DNA of 64,000 nt from Alphaproteobacteria bacterium (GCA_963667785.2 CAXXMU010000001.1:864001-928000); one strand, 5' to 3'. Positions 21,590 through 32,478 are shown, counted from the first letter of the stretch. Notes: generated from the letters alone by a model not told the origin. Translations and numbers: made by a program.

Positions 21590-22831
21590 TTAGACAACAC
21601 CGCGACCCCGCAGGTCCTCGATCGCCGCATCGTCGTAGCCGAGCGCGTCCAGAATCTCGCCGGTGTGGGCGCCGAGCTCGGGCGTCGCCGCATGGACGTT
21701 GAACGGCGTGCGGCTGAGCCGGGTGGCCTGGGAGACGATGCGCGTCGGCCCGAGGACCGGGTGCTCGACCGGGTGCGCCATGCCGAGATGCCGCACCTGC
21801 GGGTCGTCGAACATCTCGTCGATGGCGTAGATCGGCCCGCAGGGCACGCCCGCCCGGTTGAGCGCGTCGACCCAGGCGGCGCTCGGCTTCGTGCGGGTGC
21901 GCCCGTTGATGAGGCCGTTGAGCGCGGCGCGGTTCTCCGACCGGGCCTCGCCGGTGGCGAAGCGCTCGTCGGCGATCAGCTCCGGCATGCCGAGCGCCTC
22001 GCACAGGCGCTCGTAGATGGCGCCGCCCGAGGTCGCGATGTTGATGTGGCCGTCGGCGGTCTCGAACACGCCGGTCGGGATGCTGGTGGGGTGGTCGTTG
22101 CCGGCCTGCCCCGGCGCCTCGCCCTCGAACAGGTAGCGCGCGGCCTGAAAGTCGAGCTGGGCGATCATCGCCTGCAGCAGGGAGGACTGCACCCACTGCC
22201 CCTTGCCCGAGCGCTCGCGCTCGAGCAGCGCGACGAGGATGCCGATCGCGGTGTAGAGGCCGGCGCTGAGATCGGCGACCGGGATGCCGACGCGCATCGG
22301 CCCGCGGCCGGGCTCGCCGGTGATCGACATCAGCCCGCCCATGCCCTGGGCAATCTGGTCGAAACCCGGGCGTTTCGCGTACGGCCCGTCCTGGCCGAAG
22401 CCCGAGAGGCTGGCGTAGACGAGGCGGGGGTTGAGCGCGCTCAGCGTCTCGTAGTCGATCCCCAGTCGCTGCTTCACGTCGGGCCGGTAGTTCTCCACCA
22501 CCACGTCGGCGCCGGTCGCGAGCCGCTTGAAGATGGCGATGCCGTCCGGGTCCTTGAGGTTGAGGGTGAGGCTCCGCTTGTTGCGGTGCAGGTTCTGGAA
22601 GTCGGGGCCGTGGCGGCTCTTGATCGGGTCGTTCGCCGGCCCCGGCGTCCACGGCGCCTCGATCTTGATGACGTCGGCGCCCCAGTCCGCAAGCTGGCGC
22701 GCCGCGGTCGGCCCCGCCCGGTAGCGGGTGAGGTCGAGCACGGTGAAGCGCGCGAGCGCGCCGTCTGCCGGGGGATGGGTCATCGGAACCGTTCTACCGC
22801 CACCACTGTCGTCTTGGTAGTGCCCGCTCAC
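21590..22831 (-). CDS. CaiB/BaiF (family III) CoA transferase; start may be 22783
   Basis: VLDLTRYRAGP, GADVIKIE, RNKRSLTLNLK, ADVVVENYRP, GFGQDGPY..RPGFD. Confidence 0.93.
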   Translation of the reverse strand: MSGHYQDDSGGGRTVPMTHPPADGALARFTVLDLTRYRAGPTAARQLADWGADVIKIEAPWTPGPANDPIKSRHGPDFQNLHRNKRSLTLNLKDPDGIAIFKRLATGADVVVENYRPDVKQRLGIDYETLSALNPRLVYASLSGFGQDGPYAKRPGFDQIAQGMGGLMSITGEPGRGPMRVGIPVADLSAGLYTAIGILVALLERERSGKGQWVQSSLLQAMIAQLDFQAARYLFEGEAPGQAGNDHPTSIPTGVFETADGHINIATSGGAIYERLCEALGMPELIADERFATGEARSENRAALNGLINGRTRTKPSAAWVDALNRAGVPCGPIYAIDEMFDDPQVRHLGMAHPVEHPVLGPTRIVSQATRLSRTPFNVHAATPELGAHTGEILDALGYDDAAIEDLRGRGVV

Positions 22832-23721
22832 TCCTCCGAGAAATCGCGGACCGCGCTGTCGAAGCGGCCGTAGCCGGCGTAGTCCACGATCTCGTAGAGG
22901 TGCGCCCTGGTCATCATGCGCGGCACGAGGCCCGGCTGGTCGTCGGATTCGTCGAGGTCGCGGAGCCCGTCCTCGACGGCCTTCATGGCGAGCCGGAAGG
23001 CGGTGACCGGGTAGATCACCAGATTGTAGCCGAGCTCCGCCAGGGTGCGGCGCGACAGCAGCGGCGACTTGCCGAACTCGGTCATGTTGGCCATCAGCGG
23101 CACGTTCAGGGCGGCGCGGAAGGCCTCGAACTCGCGCTCGTCCTGCAGCGCCTCGGGGAAGATCATGGCGGCGCCGGCGTCGATATAGGCCTTGGCGCGG
23201 TCGATCGCCTTCTCCAGGCCCTCGGGACCGCGGGCGTCGGTGCGGGCGATGAGCAGGAAGTTCGGGTCGGTCCGGGCCTCGGCGGCGGCGCGCACGCGGC
23301 GCACCATCTCGGGCACCGGCACCAGGGTCTTGCGGTCGAGGTGGCCGCAGCGCTTGGGCGCCTCCTGGTCCTCGAGGTGGCAGCCGGCGAGGCCCGCCTC
23401 CTCCAGCAGGGCGACGGTGCGGGCGGCGTTGAGGGGCGCGCCGAAGCCGGTGTCGATGTCCACGATGACGGGCAGCGTGCAGGCGCGCACGATCGCCTGC
23501 GCGCGGGCCGTGACCTCGCTCTGCGTCACCAGCCCGATATCGGGCAGGCCGAGATCGGCGGCGAGCGCCGCGCCCGAGACGTAGACGCCGTCGAAGCCCT
23601 GGCGCTCGATCAGCTTCGCCACGATCGGCGCAAACGCGCCGGGGAAGCGCAGCAGGCCGCCGCGGTCGAGCGCCTCCCGCAGAGCGCGGCGGCGCTCCGG
23701 CGCGGGTGCCGCCGCGATCAC
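22828..23721 (-). CDS. prpB: 2-methylisocitrate lyase (ICL/PEP mutase family)
   Basis: GLPDIG, VDIDTGFG, HLEDQEAPKRCGHL, ANMTEFGKS. Confidence 0.85.
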   Translation of the reverse strand: MIAAAPAPERRRALREALDRGGLLRFPGAFAPIVAKLIERQGFDGVYVSGAALAADLGLPDIGLVTQSEVTARAQAIVRACTLPVIVDIDTGFGAPLNAARTVALLEEAGLAGCHLEDQEAPKRCGHLDRKTLVPVPEMVRRVRAAAEARTDPNFLLIARTDARGPEGLEKAIDRAKAYIDAGAAMIFPEALQDEREFEAFRAALNVPLMANMTEFGKSPLLSRRTLAELGYNLVIYPVTAFRLAMKAVEDGLRDLDESDDQPGLVPRMMTRAHLYEIVDYAGYGRFDSAVRDFSEE

Positions 23722-23861
23722 GGGCGGGCTTCCTGCCGCGTGCGTGCCCGGCCGATCAGGGTGCAGCCCTGCATGCGATGGTATATGGTGCGCCGGGCCG
23801 CCCCGCCGCTGGCAGGGCAGGTATACGTGTGCGCGGCGCTGTGGGGCAGAGGAGGAGATCG

Positions 23862-24965
23862 ATGAAGCTGGGCCTTTTCATGATGCCGATCCATAACCAC
23901 GAGAGGGACTATCACACGACCCTCATGGAGGATATCGAAGCGATCGTCCATGCCGATCGGCTCGGCTTCTCGGAGGCCTGGGTGGGCGAGCATTACAGCT
24001 CCAAGTCGGAGCAGATCACCTCGCCCCTGCTCTTCCTCGCGCATGTGCTGCCCCACACCAAGCAGATCGTCGCCGGCACGGGCGTCATCTGCCTGCCGCA
24101 GTACCACCCGGCGGTGACCGCCGGGCAGATCGCCATGTTCGACCACCTGGCGAAGGGGCGCTACATCGCGGGCGTTGGCCCCGGCGGGCTGCCGCCGGAC
24201 TTCGAGATCTTCGGCGTGATGGATGCGGACCGCAACGCCATGATGGTCGAGGCCATCGACATCATGGTCGACATCTGGACCTCGGACCCGCCCTACGAGT
24301 TCAACGGCGAGCACTGGCAGATCTCCCTCAAGGACTGGATCTACGAGGATATCGGGCTGGGCTACATGGCCAAGCCCTATCAGAAGCCCTATCCGCCGCT
24401 CGCCATCTCCGCCATGAGCCCCTTCTCGGGCTCGATCAAGTTCGCGGGCTCGCGCGGCTACATCCCGATCTCGGCCAACTTCATCGGCACCTGGTCGGCG
24501 AAGTCCCACTGGCAGGTCTATGCCGAGGCGGCGGCCAAGGCCGGGCATCCGACCGACCCGGAGATCTGGCGCGTCGCCCGCAACGTCCACGTGGACGAGA
24601 CCGACGAGGCGGCCGAGGCTTTCGTCAAGAAGGCCGACGACAGCACCGACTGGTACTTCAGCTACCTCTTCAGGATCTTCGAGCGGGCCGAGATGAAGGG
24701 ACCCTTCGTCGTCAACCAGGGGGACGACCCGGCGGCGCTGACTCACGAATCGATCCGCGACAACTACACGATCTACGGCAGTCCGGAGACGGTGGCCGAG
24801 AAGATCCTGGCGCTGCGCGACGAGATCGGCCACTTCGGCACGCTGATGCTGACCGCGCAGGACTGGACCGACAAGGAGCGGATGAAGCGCTCCATGTCGC
24901 TGCTCGCCGAAGAGGTCATGCCCAAGGTCAACGCCGCCATCGGCGCGCGGGCGGCGGCGGAGTAG
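23862..24965 (+). CDS. Luciferase-like (LLM) flavin-dependent oxidoreductase
   Basis: MKLGLFMMP, ADRLGFSEAWVGEH, DHLAKGR..GVGPG, GSPETVAEKI; GGAGGAG RBS. Confidence 0.92.
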   Translation: MKLGLFMMPIHNHERDYHTTLMEDIEAIVHADRLGFSEAWVGEHYSSKSEQITSPLLFLAHVLPHTKQIVAGTGVICLPQYHPAVTAGQIAMFDHLAKGRYIAGVGPGGLPPDFEIFGVMDADRNAMMVEAIDIMVDIWTSDPPYEFNGEHWQISLKDWIYEDIGLGYMAKPYQKPYPPLAISAMSPFSGSIKFAGSRGYIPISANFIGTWSAKSHWQVYAEAAAKAGHPTDPEIWRVARNVHVDETDEAAEAFVKKADDSTDWYFSYLFRIFERAEMKGPFVVNQGDDPAALTHESIRDNYTIYGSPETVAEKILALRDEIGHFGTLMLTAQDWTDKERMKRSMSLLAEEVMPKVNAAIGARAAAE

Positions 24966-24999
24966 GCCCGCCCGGGCGACGCGTACGGGAGGGCGGGCG

Positions 25000-25728
25000 A
25001 CGAGCGACTACGCCCTCATCACCGGCGGCGCACGGGGGATAGGCCGGGCCACGGCGGCCCGGCTCCGTGCCGACGGCTGCCGGGTCGTGGTCCTCGACCG
25101 GCTGGAGCCGGAAGACCCGGTGGATGCGTTCGTCGCCGTCGACCTCGCCGATGCGGACGCGACCGCAGGCGCGCTGGAGCAGGCACTCAGCGGGCGGACC
25201 ATCACGCGGCTCGTCAACAATGTGGGCGCCGTGCGCCCGGCACTGCTCGGCGACGCGACGCTCGACGACTTCGACTACCTGATGGCGCTCAACGTGCGCT
25301 CGGCCATCCAGTGCACCAAGGCGCTGGCGCCGGGGATGCGCGCCGCCGGCTTCGGGCGGATCGTCAACGTCTCCAGCCGCTCGGTGCGCGGCAAGGAGCT
25401 TCGCACAAACTACGCCGCGACCAAGGCGGCGCTGATTGGGCTGACCCGCACCTGGGCGCTGGAGCTCGGCGCAGACGGCATCACGGTCAACTGCATCTGC
25501 CCGGGGCCGACGGCGACGGAGCTCTACGTCGAGGCCAATCCGCCGGAGTCGCCGCGCACCAAGGGCGCGCTCGCCGCCATCCCGGTCGGCCGCATCGGGA
25601 CGCCCGAGGACATGGCCCACGCCATCGCCTTCTTTCTCGACGACGAGAGCGGCTTCGTCACCGGCCAGGCGCTGATGGTCTGCGGCGGCTCCAGCCTCGG
25701 CGCCCGCGAGAGCCTGGCCCCGGCCTGA
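25000..25728 (+). CDS. SDR family oxidoreductase; apparent start is non-canonical ACG
   Basis: ALITGGARGIG Rossmann motif lies upstream of the first GTG; NNVG, YAATK, TVNCICPG; GGGAGGG RBS 6 nt before ACG at 25000. Confidence 0.85.
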   Translation, partial: TSDYALITGGARGIGRATAARLRADGCRVVVLDRLEPEDPVDAFVAVDLADADATAGALEQALSGRTITRLVNNVGAVRPALLGDATLDDFDYLMALNVRSAIQCTKALAPGMRAAGFGRIVNVSSRSVRGKELRTNYAATKAALIGLTRTWALELGADGITVNCICPGPTATELYVEANPPESPRTKGALAAIPVGRIGTPEDMAHAIAFFLDDESGFVTGQALMVCGGSSLGARESLAPA

Positions 25729-25746
25729 GTCCTGCGCGCCGCCCGT

Positions 25747-26118
25747 TCAGTCTTGCGGCAGCGCGTAGTAGTCGCCGGCGAACGCGGTGTAGATGTGACG
25801 CTCGATGGCGAGCCCGGTGGCGCCGTCGAGCGTGCCCGCAGTGATCGAGATGCGCTCCTCGCCCGCCGGATCCCAGAACAGGTTGCCGCCGCAGCGGTTG
25901 CAGAACCCGCGCCGCGCGGACTCCGATGAGTCGTACCAGACCAGGGTCTCGTCCGCGTCGATGGCGAAGCGGTCGTTCGGCACCGAGGTCATGGCCGCGT
26001 GGTGGCCGGACGTCTTGCGGCACTGAATGCAGTGGCAGGCGATGACCGGGCGCAGGGGGCCGGTCGCCCGGTATCTGACGCCGCCGCAGAGGCAGCCTCC
26101 GGTGTGCACCTCGCTCAC
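25747..26118 (-). CDS. GFA family (CENP-V-like) Zn-binding protein
   Basis: GGCLCGGVRY, CHCIQCRK, RGFCNRCG. Confidence 0.93.
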   Translation of the reverse strand: MSEVHTGGCLCGGVRYRATGPLRPVIACHCIQCRKTSGHHAAMTSVPNDRFAIDADETLVWYDSSESARRGFCNRCGGNLFWDPAGEERISITAGTLDGATGLAIERHIYTAFAGDYYALPQD

Positions 26119-26151
26119 GTCCTCCTCCCTGTCGCTGCCGCGCGCCGCCCG

Positions 26152-26403
26152 TCAGCTCCGGGGCTGGACCATGGTGCAGGTGATGACCTCCTCGCCAAGG
26201 GCTTTGCATGCTTCCAGGCGGTGCAGGCCTTCCACGAGCACGTAGCGGGCGCCGTCCTCGCGCACCAGGATCGGCACCTTCAGCCCGTCCTCGAGGATGC
26301 TCTCGGCGAGCGCGTCGACCGTCGCCTGCTTGAGCGTCCGGCGGCGCTTGGCCGGCACGTAGATGTCGGCGATGGCGAGGTCCTTGTTCTCCAGTAGCGG
26401 CGT
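26152..26403 (-). CDS. Small stand-alone ParB N-terminal-domain protein; start uncertain
   Basis: IYVPAKRR..VDALAESILEDGLKVPILVR..YVLVEGLHRLEA; GGAGG RBS but no canonical start codon. Confidence 0.75.
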   Translation of the reverse strand, partial: TPLLENKDLAIADIYVPAKRRRTLKQATVDALAESILEDGLKVPILVREDGARYVLVEGLHRLEACKALGEEVITCTMVQPRS

Positions 26404-26589
26404 CGTCTCCTCCCTGTTCCGGCGGCGTCTCCCTCGCAAGCGGGACCCACTCTGGCAAAGCCGCTCCACCCGCGCAATGTCGCCCCGAGGCCGCGAGCGC
26501 CCGGCGCCTGAGGGATATGAAAAACGCACTCTCCGCGGCATGATGGGCAGGCGGGGAATGAAGGTTCTCGACGCTGCGGGGAGGCGACG

Positions 26590-28002
26590 ATGACTGCGAC
26601 CGTGATACGGAACGGGCGGATCGTGACCGCCGTGGACGACTACACGGCCGACATCCTGATGGAAGACGGCCGCGTGCGCATGATCGGCACCGACCTGCCC
26701 GTGGGCGAAGACGTGGCGGCCCACGATGCGGAAGGGCTGCTCGTGCTGCCGGGCGGCGTCGACGTGCATACCCACCTCGACTGGGACTTCGGGCCCGCGC
26801 GCACGGCGGACACCTTCTACACCGGCTCCCAGGCGGCCGCCTTCGGCGGCACCACCACGCTCGTCGACTTCGCCGCCCAGGTGAAGGGTACCAGCCCGCT
26901 CGCCGGCCTTGCCGACTGGCACGAGCGCGCTTCGGTCGCCGCCATCGACGTCGGCGCGCACATGATCATGACCGACGTGAACGACCAGACCCTCGTCGAC
27001 ATCAAGAGCCTGATCCACGACGAGGGCGTGACCACCTTCAAGCTCTTCACCGCCTATCCCGACGTGCTGATGATCGACGACGGCCAGATCTTCAGGACCA
27101 TGCGGCTGGTCGGCGGCAACGGCGGCATGGTGCAGGTCCACGCCGAGAACGGCCACGTCATCGACGTGCTGGTGCAGGAGGCGCTGGCCGCCGGCAACAC
27201 CAGCCCCAAGTGGCACATGCTGACGCGGCCGACCCTGATGGAGGGCGAGGCGACGCACCGGGTGATCCGCATCGCCGAGCTTGCCGAGGCGCCGGTCTAT
27301 CTCGTGCACCTCTCGGCCGGCGAGGCGCTGGACGCGGTGACCGAAGCACGCGACCGCGGGCTCCCGGTCCATGCCGAGACCTGCCCGCACTATCTCTTCC
27401 TCACCGACGAGGAATACGACCGGCCGGGCTTCGAGAGCGCAAAGTTCGTGATGACGCCGCCGCTGCGCGGCGCCGCGCACCAGCACGCGCTGTGGCGCGG
27501 GCTGAAGACCGACGACCTCCAGGTGATCGCCACGGATCACTGCCCCTTCTGCTTCAGCGAGAACGTGCTCGGCCTGCGCCTCTCCAAGGAGCTCGGGCGC
27601 GACGACTTCAGCAAGATCCCCAACGGCGCGCCGGGGCTCGAGACCCGCATGCCGCTGGTCTACGACGGCGGCGTGCGCAGCAACGGCATGTCGCTCAACC
27701 GCTACGTGGAGCTCACCGCCACCGCGCCGGCGAAGCTCTTCGGCCTCTTCCCGCGCAAGGGCACCATCGCCGTCGGCTCGGACGCCGACATCGTGCTCTT
27801 CGATCCCGACGAGACCTGGACCATACGCGCCGCCGAGCACCACAGCCGGGTCGAGTACTCGATGTTCGAGGGCCGCGAGGTCACCGGCCGGGTGAGCAAG
27901 GTGTTCCTCAGAGGCGAGCTCATCGTCGACGGGCGCGAGTGGCTCGGCCGCGAGGGCGGTGGCCGCTTCGTCAAGCGCGGCCAGGCGGGCAAGGCGAAGT
28001 AG
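26590..28002 (+). CDS. hydA: Dihydropyrimidinase / D-hydantoinase
   Basis: PGGVDVHTH, AAFGGTTT, FK (carboxylated Lys), VHAEN, ETCPHY, ATDHCPF, IPNGAPG. Confidence 0.93.
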   Translation: MTATVIRNGRIVTAVDDYTADILMEDGRVRMIGTDLPVGEDVAAHDAEGLLVLPGGVDVHTHLDWDFGPARTADTFYTGSQAAAFGGTTTLVDFAAQVKGTSPLAGLADWHERASVAAIDVGAHMIMTDVNDQTLVDIKSLIHDEGVTTFKLFTAYPDVLMIDDGQIFRTMRLVGGNGGMVQVHAENGHVIDVLVQEALAAGNTSPKWHMLTRPTLMEGEATHRVIRIAELAEAPVYLVHLSAGEALDAVTEARDRGLPVHAETCPHYLFLTDEEYDRPGFESAKFVMTPPLRGAAHQHALWRGLKTDDLQVIATDHCPFCFSENVLGLRLSKELGRDDFSKIPNGAPGLETRMPLVYDGGVRSNGMSLNRYVELTATAPAKLFGLFPRKGTIAVGSDADIVLFDPDETWTIRAAEHHSRVEYSMFEGREVTGRVSKVFLRGELIVDGREWLGREGGGRFVKRGQAGKAK

Positions 28003-28024
28003 AGCGGGCCGAAGCGAGCCGGCC

Positions 28025-29053
28025 CTAAGGCAGCAGCACCATCTTGCCGAAGACGTCGCGCTCGGCGGTCTTGCGCGCGGCCTCCCGAACGTCGGCGAGC
28101 GGATAGACCGAATCGATCACGGGCGCGAGCCGCCCTTCCGCCATCAACGCGAACACGCGGGCGATCTCGCGGCGGCCGCAGAAGTGGCTGCCGTGGATCG
28201 TCATGTGCTTGCGGAAGAGCTCGATCACGTTGAGCGGCACTTCCTCGCCCGCATGCGCGCCGCAGGTGACGAGGCGGCCGTTGAAGCAGACGGCGTCGAT
28301 GCTCTGGCGCAGCACGTCGCCGCCGACGCTCTCGATCACGAGGTCGACGCCGCGGCCTTGCGTGAGCCTCAGCGCCTCGTCCCGGATGCTCTGGCGGGTG
28401 TAGTCGACCACCGCCGCCGCGCCGAGCTCGCGCGCCTTCTCGAGCTTCGCAGGCGTGCCGGCGCTCGCGATCACCCGCGCGCCGTGCAGGATCGCGACCT
28501 GGATCGCCGACGAGCCGACGACGCTGCCGGCGGCGTTGACCAGCACCGTCTGCCCGGCCTGCACGCGGCCGAGCGCCACCGTCATATGCCAGGCGGTGCC
28601 GAGCCCGATCATGCCGGCGGCGGCGGTCTCGAAGGCCAGCCCGTCCGGCAGCGGGATCACCGAGAGCGCGTGGGAGACGCAGTACTCCGCATGTGTGCCC
28701 CACTGGCCCGCGCCGATGCGGCCGTGGGTGAAGTCGACGCCGTCGAGGCCGCTCAGCCAGGGTTCGGACAACGGGTCGCCCTGCGCGAAGTCGATGGCGA
28801 CGCGGGTGCCGGGCGGCGGCCCGTCGGTGCCGGGGCCGAGCGCCGCCACCTCGCCCACGCCCTCGCAGCCGGGCACGTGCGGCAGCGCGACCGGGATGCC
28901 GGAGACGCCCTCGCGCACGTCGTGGTCCAGGTGATTGACGCCGCTCGCACGGATCCGCACCAGCAGCTCGCCGGGCCCGGGCTCGGGCGTCTCGATCTCC
29001 TCGTAGAGCAGGTTCTCGACGCCGCCGTGGGCGCGGATGACGACCGCCTTCAC
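28025..29053 (-). CDS. MDR superfamily (zinc-binding dehydrogenase/quinone reductase-like) oxidoreductase
   Basis: KAVVIRAHGG, VNHLD, PHVPGCEGVG, GRGVDLVIESVG, FGKMVL. Confidence 0.9.
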   Translation of the reverse strand: MKAVVIRAHGGVENLLYEEIETPEPGPGELLVRIRASGVNHLDHDVREGVSGIPVALPHVPGCEGVGEVAALGPGTDGPPPGTRVAIDFAQGDPLSEPWLSGLDGVDFTHGRIGAGQWGTHAEYCVSHALSVIPLPDGLAFETAAAGMIGLGTAWHMTVALGRVQAGQTVLVNAAGSVVGSSAIQVAILHGARVIASAGTPAKLEKARELGAAAVVDYTRQSIRDEALRLTQGRGVDLVIESVGGDVLRQSIDAVCFNGRLVTCGAHAGEEVPLNVIELFRKHMTIHGSHFCGRREIARVFALMAEGRLAPVIDSVYPLADVREAARKTAERDVFGKMVLLP

Positions 29054-29088
29054 GGCAGCGACCTCTCGGCCGGGGAGCTGGCCGGACC

Positions 29089-29733
29089 CTACTCGGCCGC
29101 TTCGGCCGCGACGGCGCCGGAGAGCGCGGCGATGGCCTCCGCGCTCGTGATGATGTCCGCGTACTTCTGGCCCATGTCGAAGAGGTTCGCCTCGTGCGGG
29201 CCGAGGGCGCGGTCGCCGACGCAGTCGCCGAGCACCACCGGGCGGAAGCCGTGGCACATGGCGTCCAGCACGCTCGCGCGCACGCAGCCCGACGTGGTGC
29301 AACCCGCGACCATCACCGTGTCCACCCGCAGCCTGGCGAAAGCAGGCGCGAGGTCGGTGCCGAAGAAGGCCGACGGCACGCGCTTGCGCACCACGATCTC
29401 GCCCGGCGCCGGCGCCAGCGCGTCGACGATCTGGCTCTCCGGCGCGTCCTCGACGAGCGTCGTGAGCGAGGGCACCTTCATGCACATGATGTTCGCGTCC
29501 GCCGCATCGTCGGCGAAGATGACGCGGGTGTGGGCGACCGGCACGCCGCGCTCGCGACAGAAGGCGAGGACGCCCACCGTCGCGTCGATGGCCTCCTGGA
29601 TGTTGCCGCCGCCGAACTTCGCCGGGTCGGTGAAGCCGTTGACGAAGTCGACGATGAGCAGCGCCGCCTTCTCGCCGAAGCCGAGCCGGTTGCCGAAGTT
29701 CTGCGTCTTGTAGATGTCGATGTCCGAAGCCAT
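29089..29733 (-). CDS. Isochorismatase-family cysteine hydrolase (N-carbamoylsarcosine amidase/maleamate amidohydrolase-like)
   Basis: ALLIVDFVNGF, K..PSAFFGT, AGCTTSGCVRASVLDA. Confidence 0.9.
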   Translation of the reverse strand: MASDIDIYKTQNFGNRLGFGEKAALLIVDFVNGFTDPAKFGGGNIQEAIDATVGVLAFCRERGVPVAHTRVIFADDAADANIMCMKVPSLTTLVEDAPESQIVDALAPAPGEIVVRKRVPSAFFGTDLAPAFARLRVDTVMVAGCTTSGCVRASVLDAMCHGFRPVVLGDCVGDRALGPHEANLFDMGQKYADIITSAEAIAALSGAVAAEAAE

Positions 29734-29816
29734 GCCGCACCCCCTGCCGCCGCCGTTGGCCCCCGGAGAACAGACGGTTACTCGCCGCGTGTCAAGCAGC
29801 GCTCGCGGCGGCCGGA

Positions 29817-30212
29817 TCAGGCCGGCGGGCCGCCAGCATCGTCATCGTCGCAGTCGACCGCGACCTCCGCCAGCTTGCCGTTCACGAGGCGGAAGGCGGC
29901 GCTGCCGGCGCTCTCCCTCACCCGGCCCTCCGCGTCTTCGAGGCGAAGCGTGAAGCGGCAGGTTAGCCGCTGCCCCTCCTCGTCCGCCTCGCAGGTGGTC
30001 ACCTCGTGCCGGATCAGCGGATGGGCCGCGAGCAGGCCCTCCAGATACTGCTTGATCCCGCTGTCCCGGCCGCGGTGGTCGCGGCCCGAGACCGAGAGCA
30101 CGGCATCGTGGGCGAAGCAGTCGAGCACCGTGCCGGGACGACGATAATCGATGTTGCTGAAGTAGCTGTGCTCGACCAGATTGATCATCTGGGCGCGCCT
30201 GAGCTTCACCAC
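29817..30212 (-). CDS. NTF2/SnoaL-like protein
   Basis: YF..ID..VLDCFAHDAVL..HRGRDSGI, IRHEV pattern; GGAGAGG RBS before GTG. Confidence 0.7.
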   Translation of the reverse strand: MVKLRRAQMINLVEHSYFSNIDYRRPGTVLDCFAHDAVLSVSGRDHRGRDSGIKQYLEGLLAAHPLIRHEVTTCEADEEGQRLTCRFTLRLEDAEGRVRESAGSAAFRLVNGKLAEVAVDCDDDDAGGPPA

Positions 30213-30343
30213 CGGCGCCTCCTCTCCCCTCCTTCCATCGTAGCCGGGGCCGACAGCGAGCCGAAAGGGCGCCGGCGACGGACGCCGCCCCGCTGGCCAA
30301 AACGGCGCGAAGGTCATAGTCTGGCCGGGAAGGAGCGCTCGCC

Positions 30344-31135
30344 ATGCATGCATTCACCTACCGCCGCGCGACATCGGTGGCGGACGCGGTCGCCGCGTTC
30401 AAGGGCGCCGACGACGGCGCCTATCTCTCGGGCGGCCATACGCTGCTGCCGGCGATGAAGCAGCGGCTCGCGGCGCCCTCCGACGTGATCGACCTGGCGG
30501 GGCTCGACGAGCTGACCGGTATCGCGGTGGATGCGGACGCGGTGAGCATCGGCGCGCTGACGCCGCACGCGGCCGTGGCGGCATCCGCCGAGGTGCGGGC
30601 GGCGATTCCGGCGCTCGCCGCGCTCGCCGGCAAGATCGGCGACCCCCAGGTGCGCAACAAGGGCACCATCGGCGGGTCCATCGCCAACAACGACCCGGCG
30701 GCGGACTATCCGGCGGCGCTGGTGGGGCTCGACGCCACCGTGGTCACCGAGCGGCGTTCGATCGCGGCGGACGAATTCTTCACCGGCCTCTTCGAGACGG
30801 CGCTGGAGGAGGGCGAGATCGTGACCGCGGTGCGCTTTCCGCGGCCCCGGTGCGCGGGCTATGCGAAGTTCCCGAACCCGGCGTCGCGCTATGCCATCGT
30901 CGGCGTGATGGCGGCGGAGACGGCGGGCGGCGTGCGCATCGCCGTGACCGGCGCGGGCCCGTGCGTCTTTCGCGCCACCGCCATGGAGGCCGCGCTCGGC
31001 GGTCGGCTCGATGCGGAGGCGACGCTGCCGGCGCTCTCGCCAGACGGGCTCAACGCCGACATTCACGCGAGCGCCGAGTACCGCGCCCACCTGGTGGGAG
31101 TCATGGCCCAGCGCGCGATGGCCGCGGCCGGCTGA
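30344..31135 (+). CDS. Xanthine dehydrogenase/CO dehydrogenase family FAD subunit (CoxM-like)
   Basis: LSGGHTLLPAMKQRLA, IGDPQVRNKGTIGGSIANNDPAAD, YAKFPNPASRYA, ASAEYRAHL. Confidence 0.92.
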   Translation: MHAFTYRRATSVADAVAAFKGADDGAYLSGGHTLLPAMKQRLAAPSDVIDLAGLDELTGIAVDADAVSIGALTPHAAVAASAEVRAAIPALAALAGKIGDPQVRNKGTIGGSIANNDPAADYPAALVGLDATVVTERRSIAADEFFTGLFETALEEGEIVTAVRFPRPRCAGYAKFPNPASRYAIVGVMAAETAGGVRIAVTGAGPCVFRATAMEAALGGRLDAEATLPALSPDGLNADIHASAEYRAHLVGVMAQRAMAAAG

Positions 31136-31361
31136 GTCGAGACGTTCGCCCGGATCGCGACCGACGCAGAGCGGCAAAATCGCAAAACGAAGCCAATTTA
31201 TCATAACCCGTTGTTGTAAAATAGAAATATAGGGTTCGACTGCCGCCCGGGACGCCAAGCCGATGCGGTGCAGGCCCGTCACGACAAGTTGAAGCATCGC
31301 GACTGGCGCCGGGCGCCGGGAGTGCTGACATTTCACCCGTCACAGGACGGAGGACGGCACG

Positions 31362-32366
<1,005 letters not shown>

Positions 32367-32374
32367 GCGGCGAC

Positions 32375-32478
32375 CTATTCATATCCCTCAGGCGCCGGGC
32401 GCTCGCTCCGCGAGCTTGGCTACGCGCCTATCGGCGCGCGGCGCAGTCGCGCCTTCCGGTCCTGCGGACCGGCTCATC
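32375..32478. repeat. Cluster of short GC hairpins (REP-like) between convergent genes
   Basis: GCTCGC-tcc-GCGAGC (32401-15), CGCGCC-tatc-GGCGCG (32423-38), CCGGTCC-tgc-GGACCGG (32456-72). Confidence 0.6.

Noticed and set aside
30344-31135. Aerobic CO dehydrogenase operon
   Set aside because: Only the FAD subunit is present; no coxL or coxS in the window.
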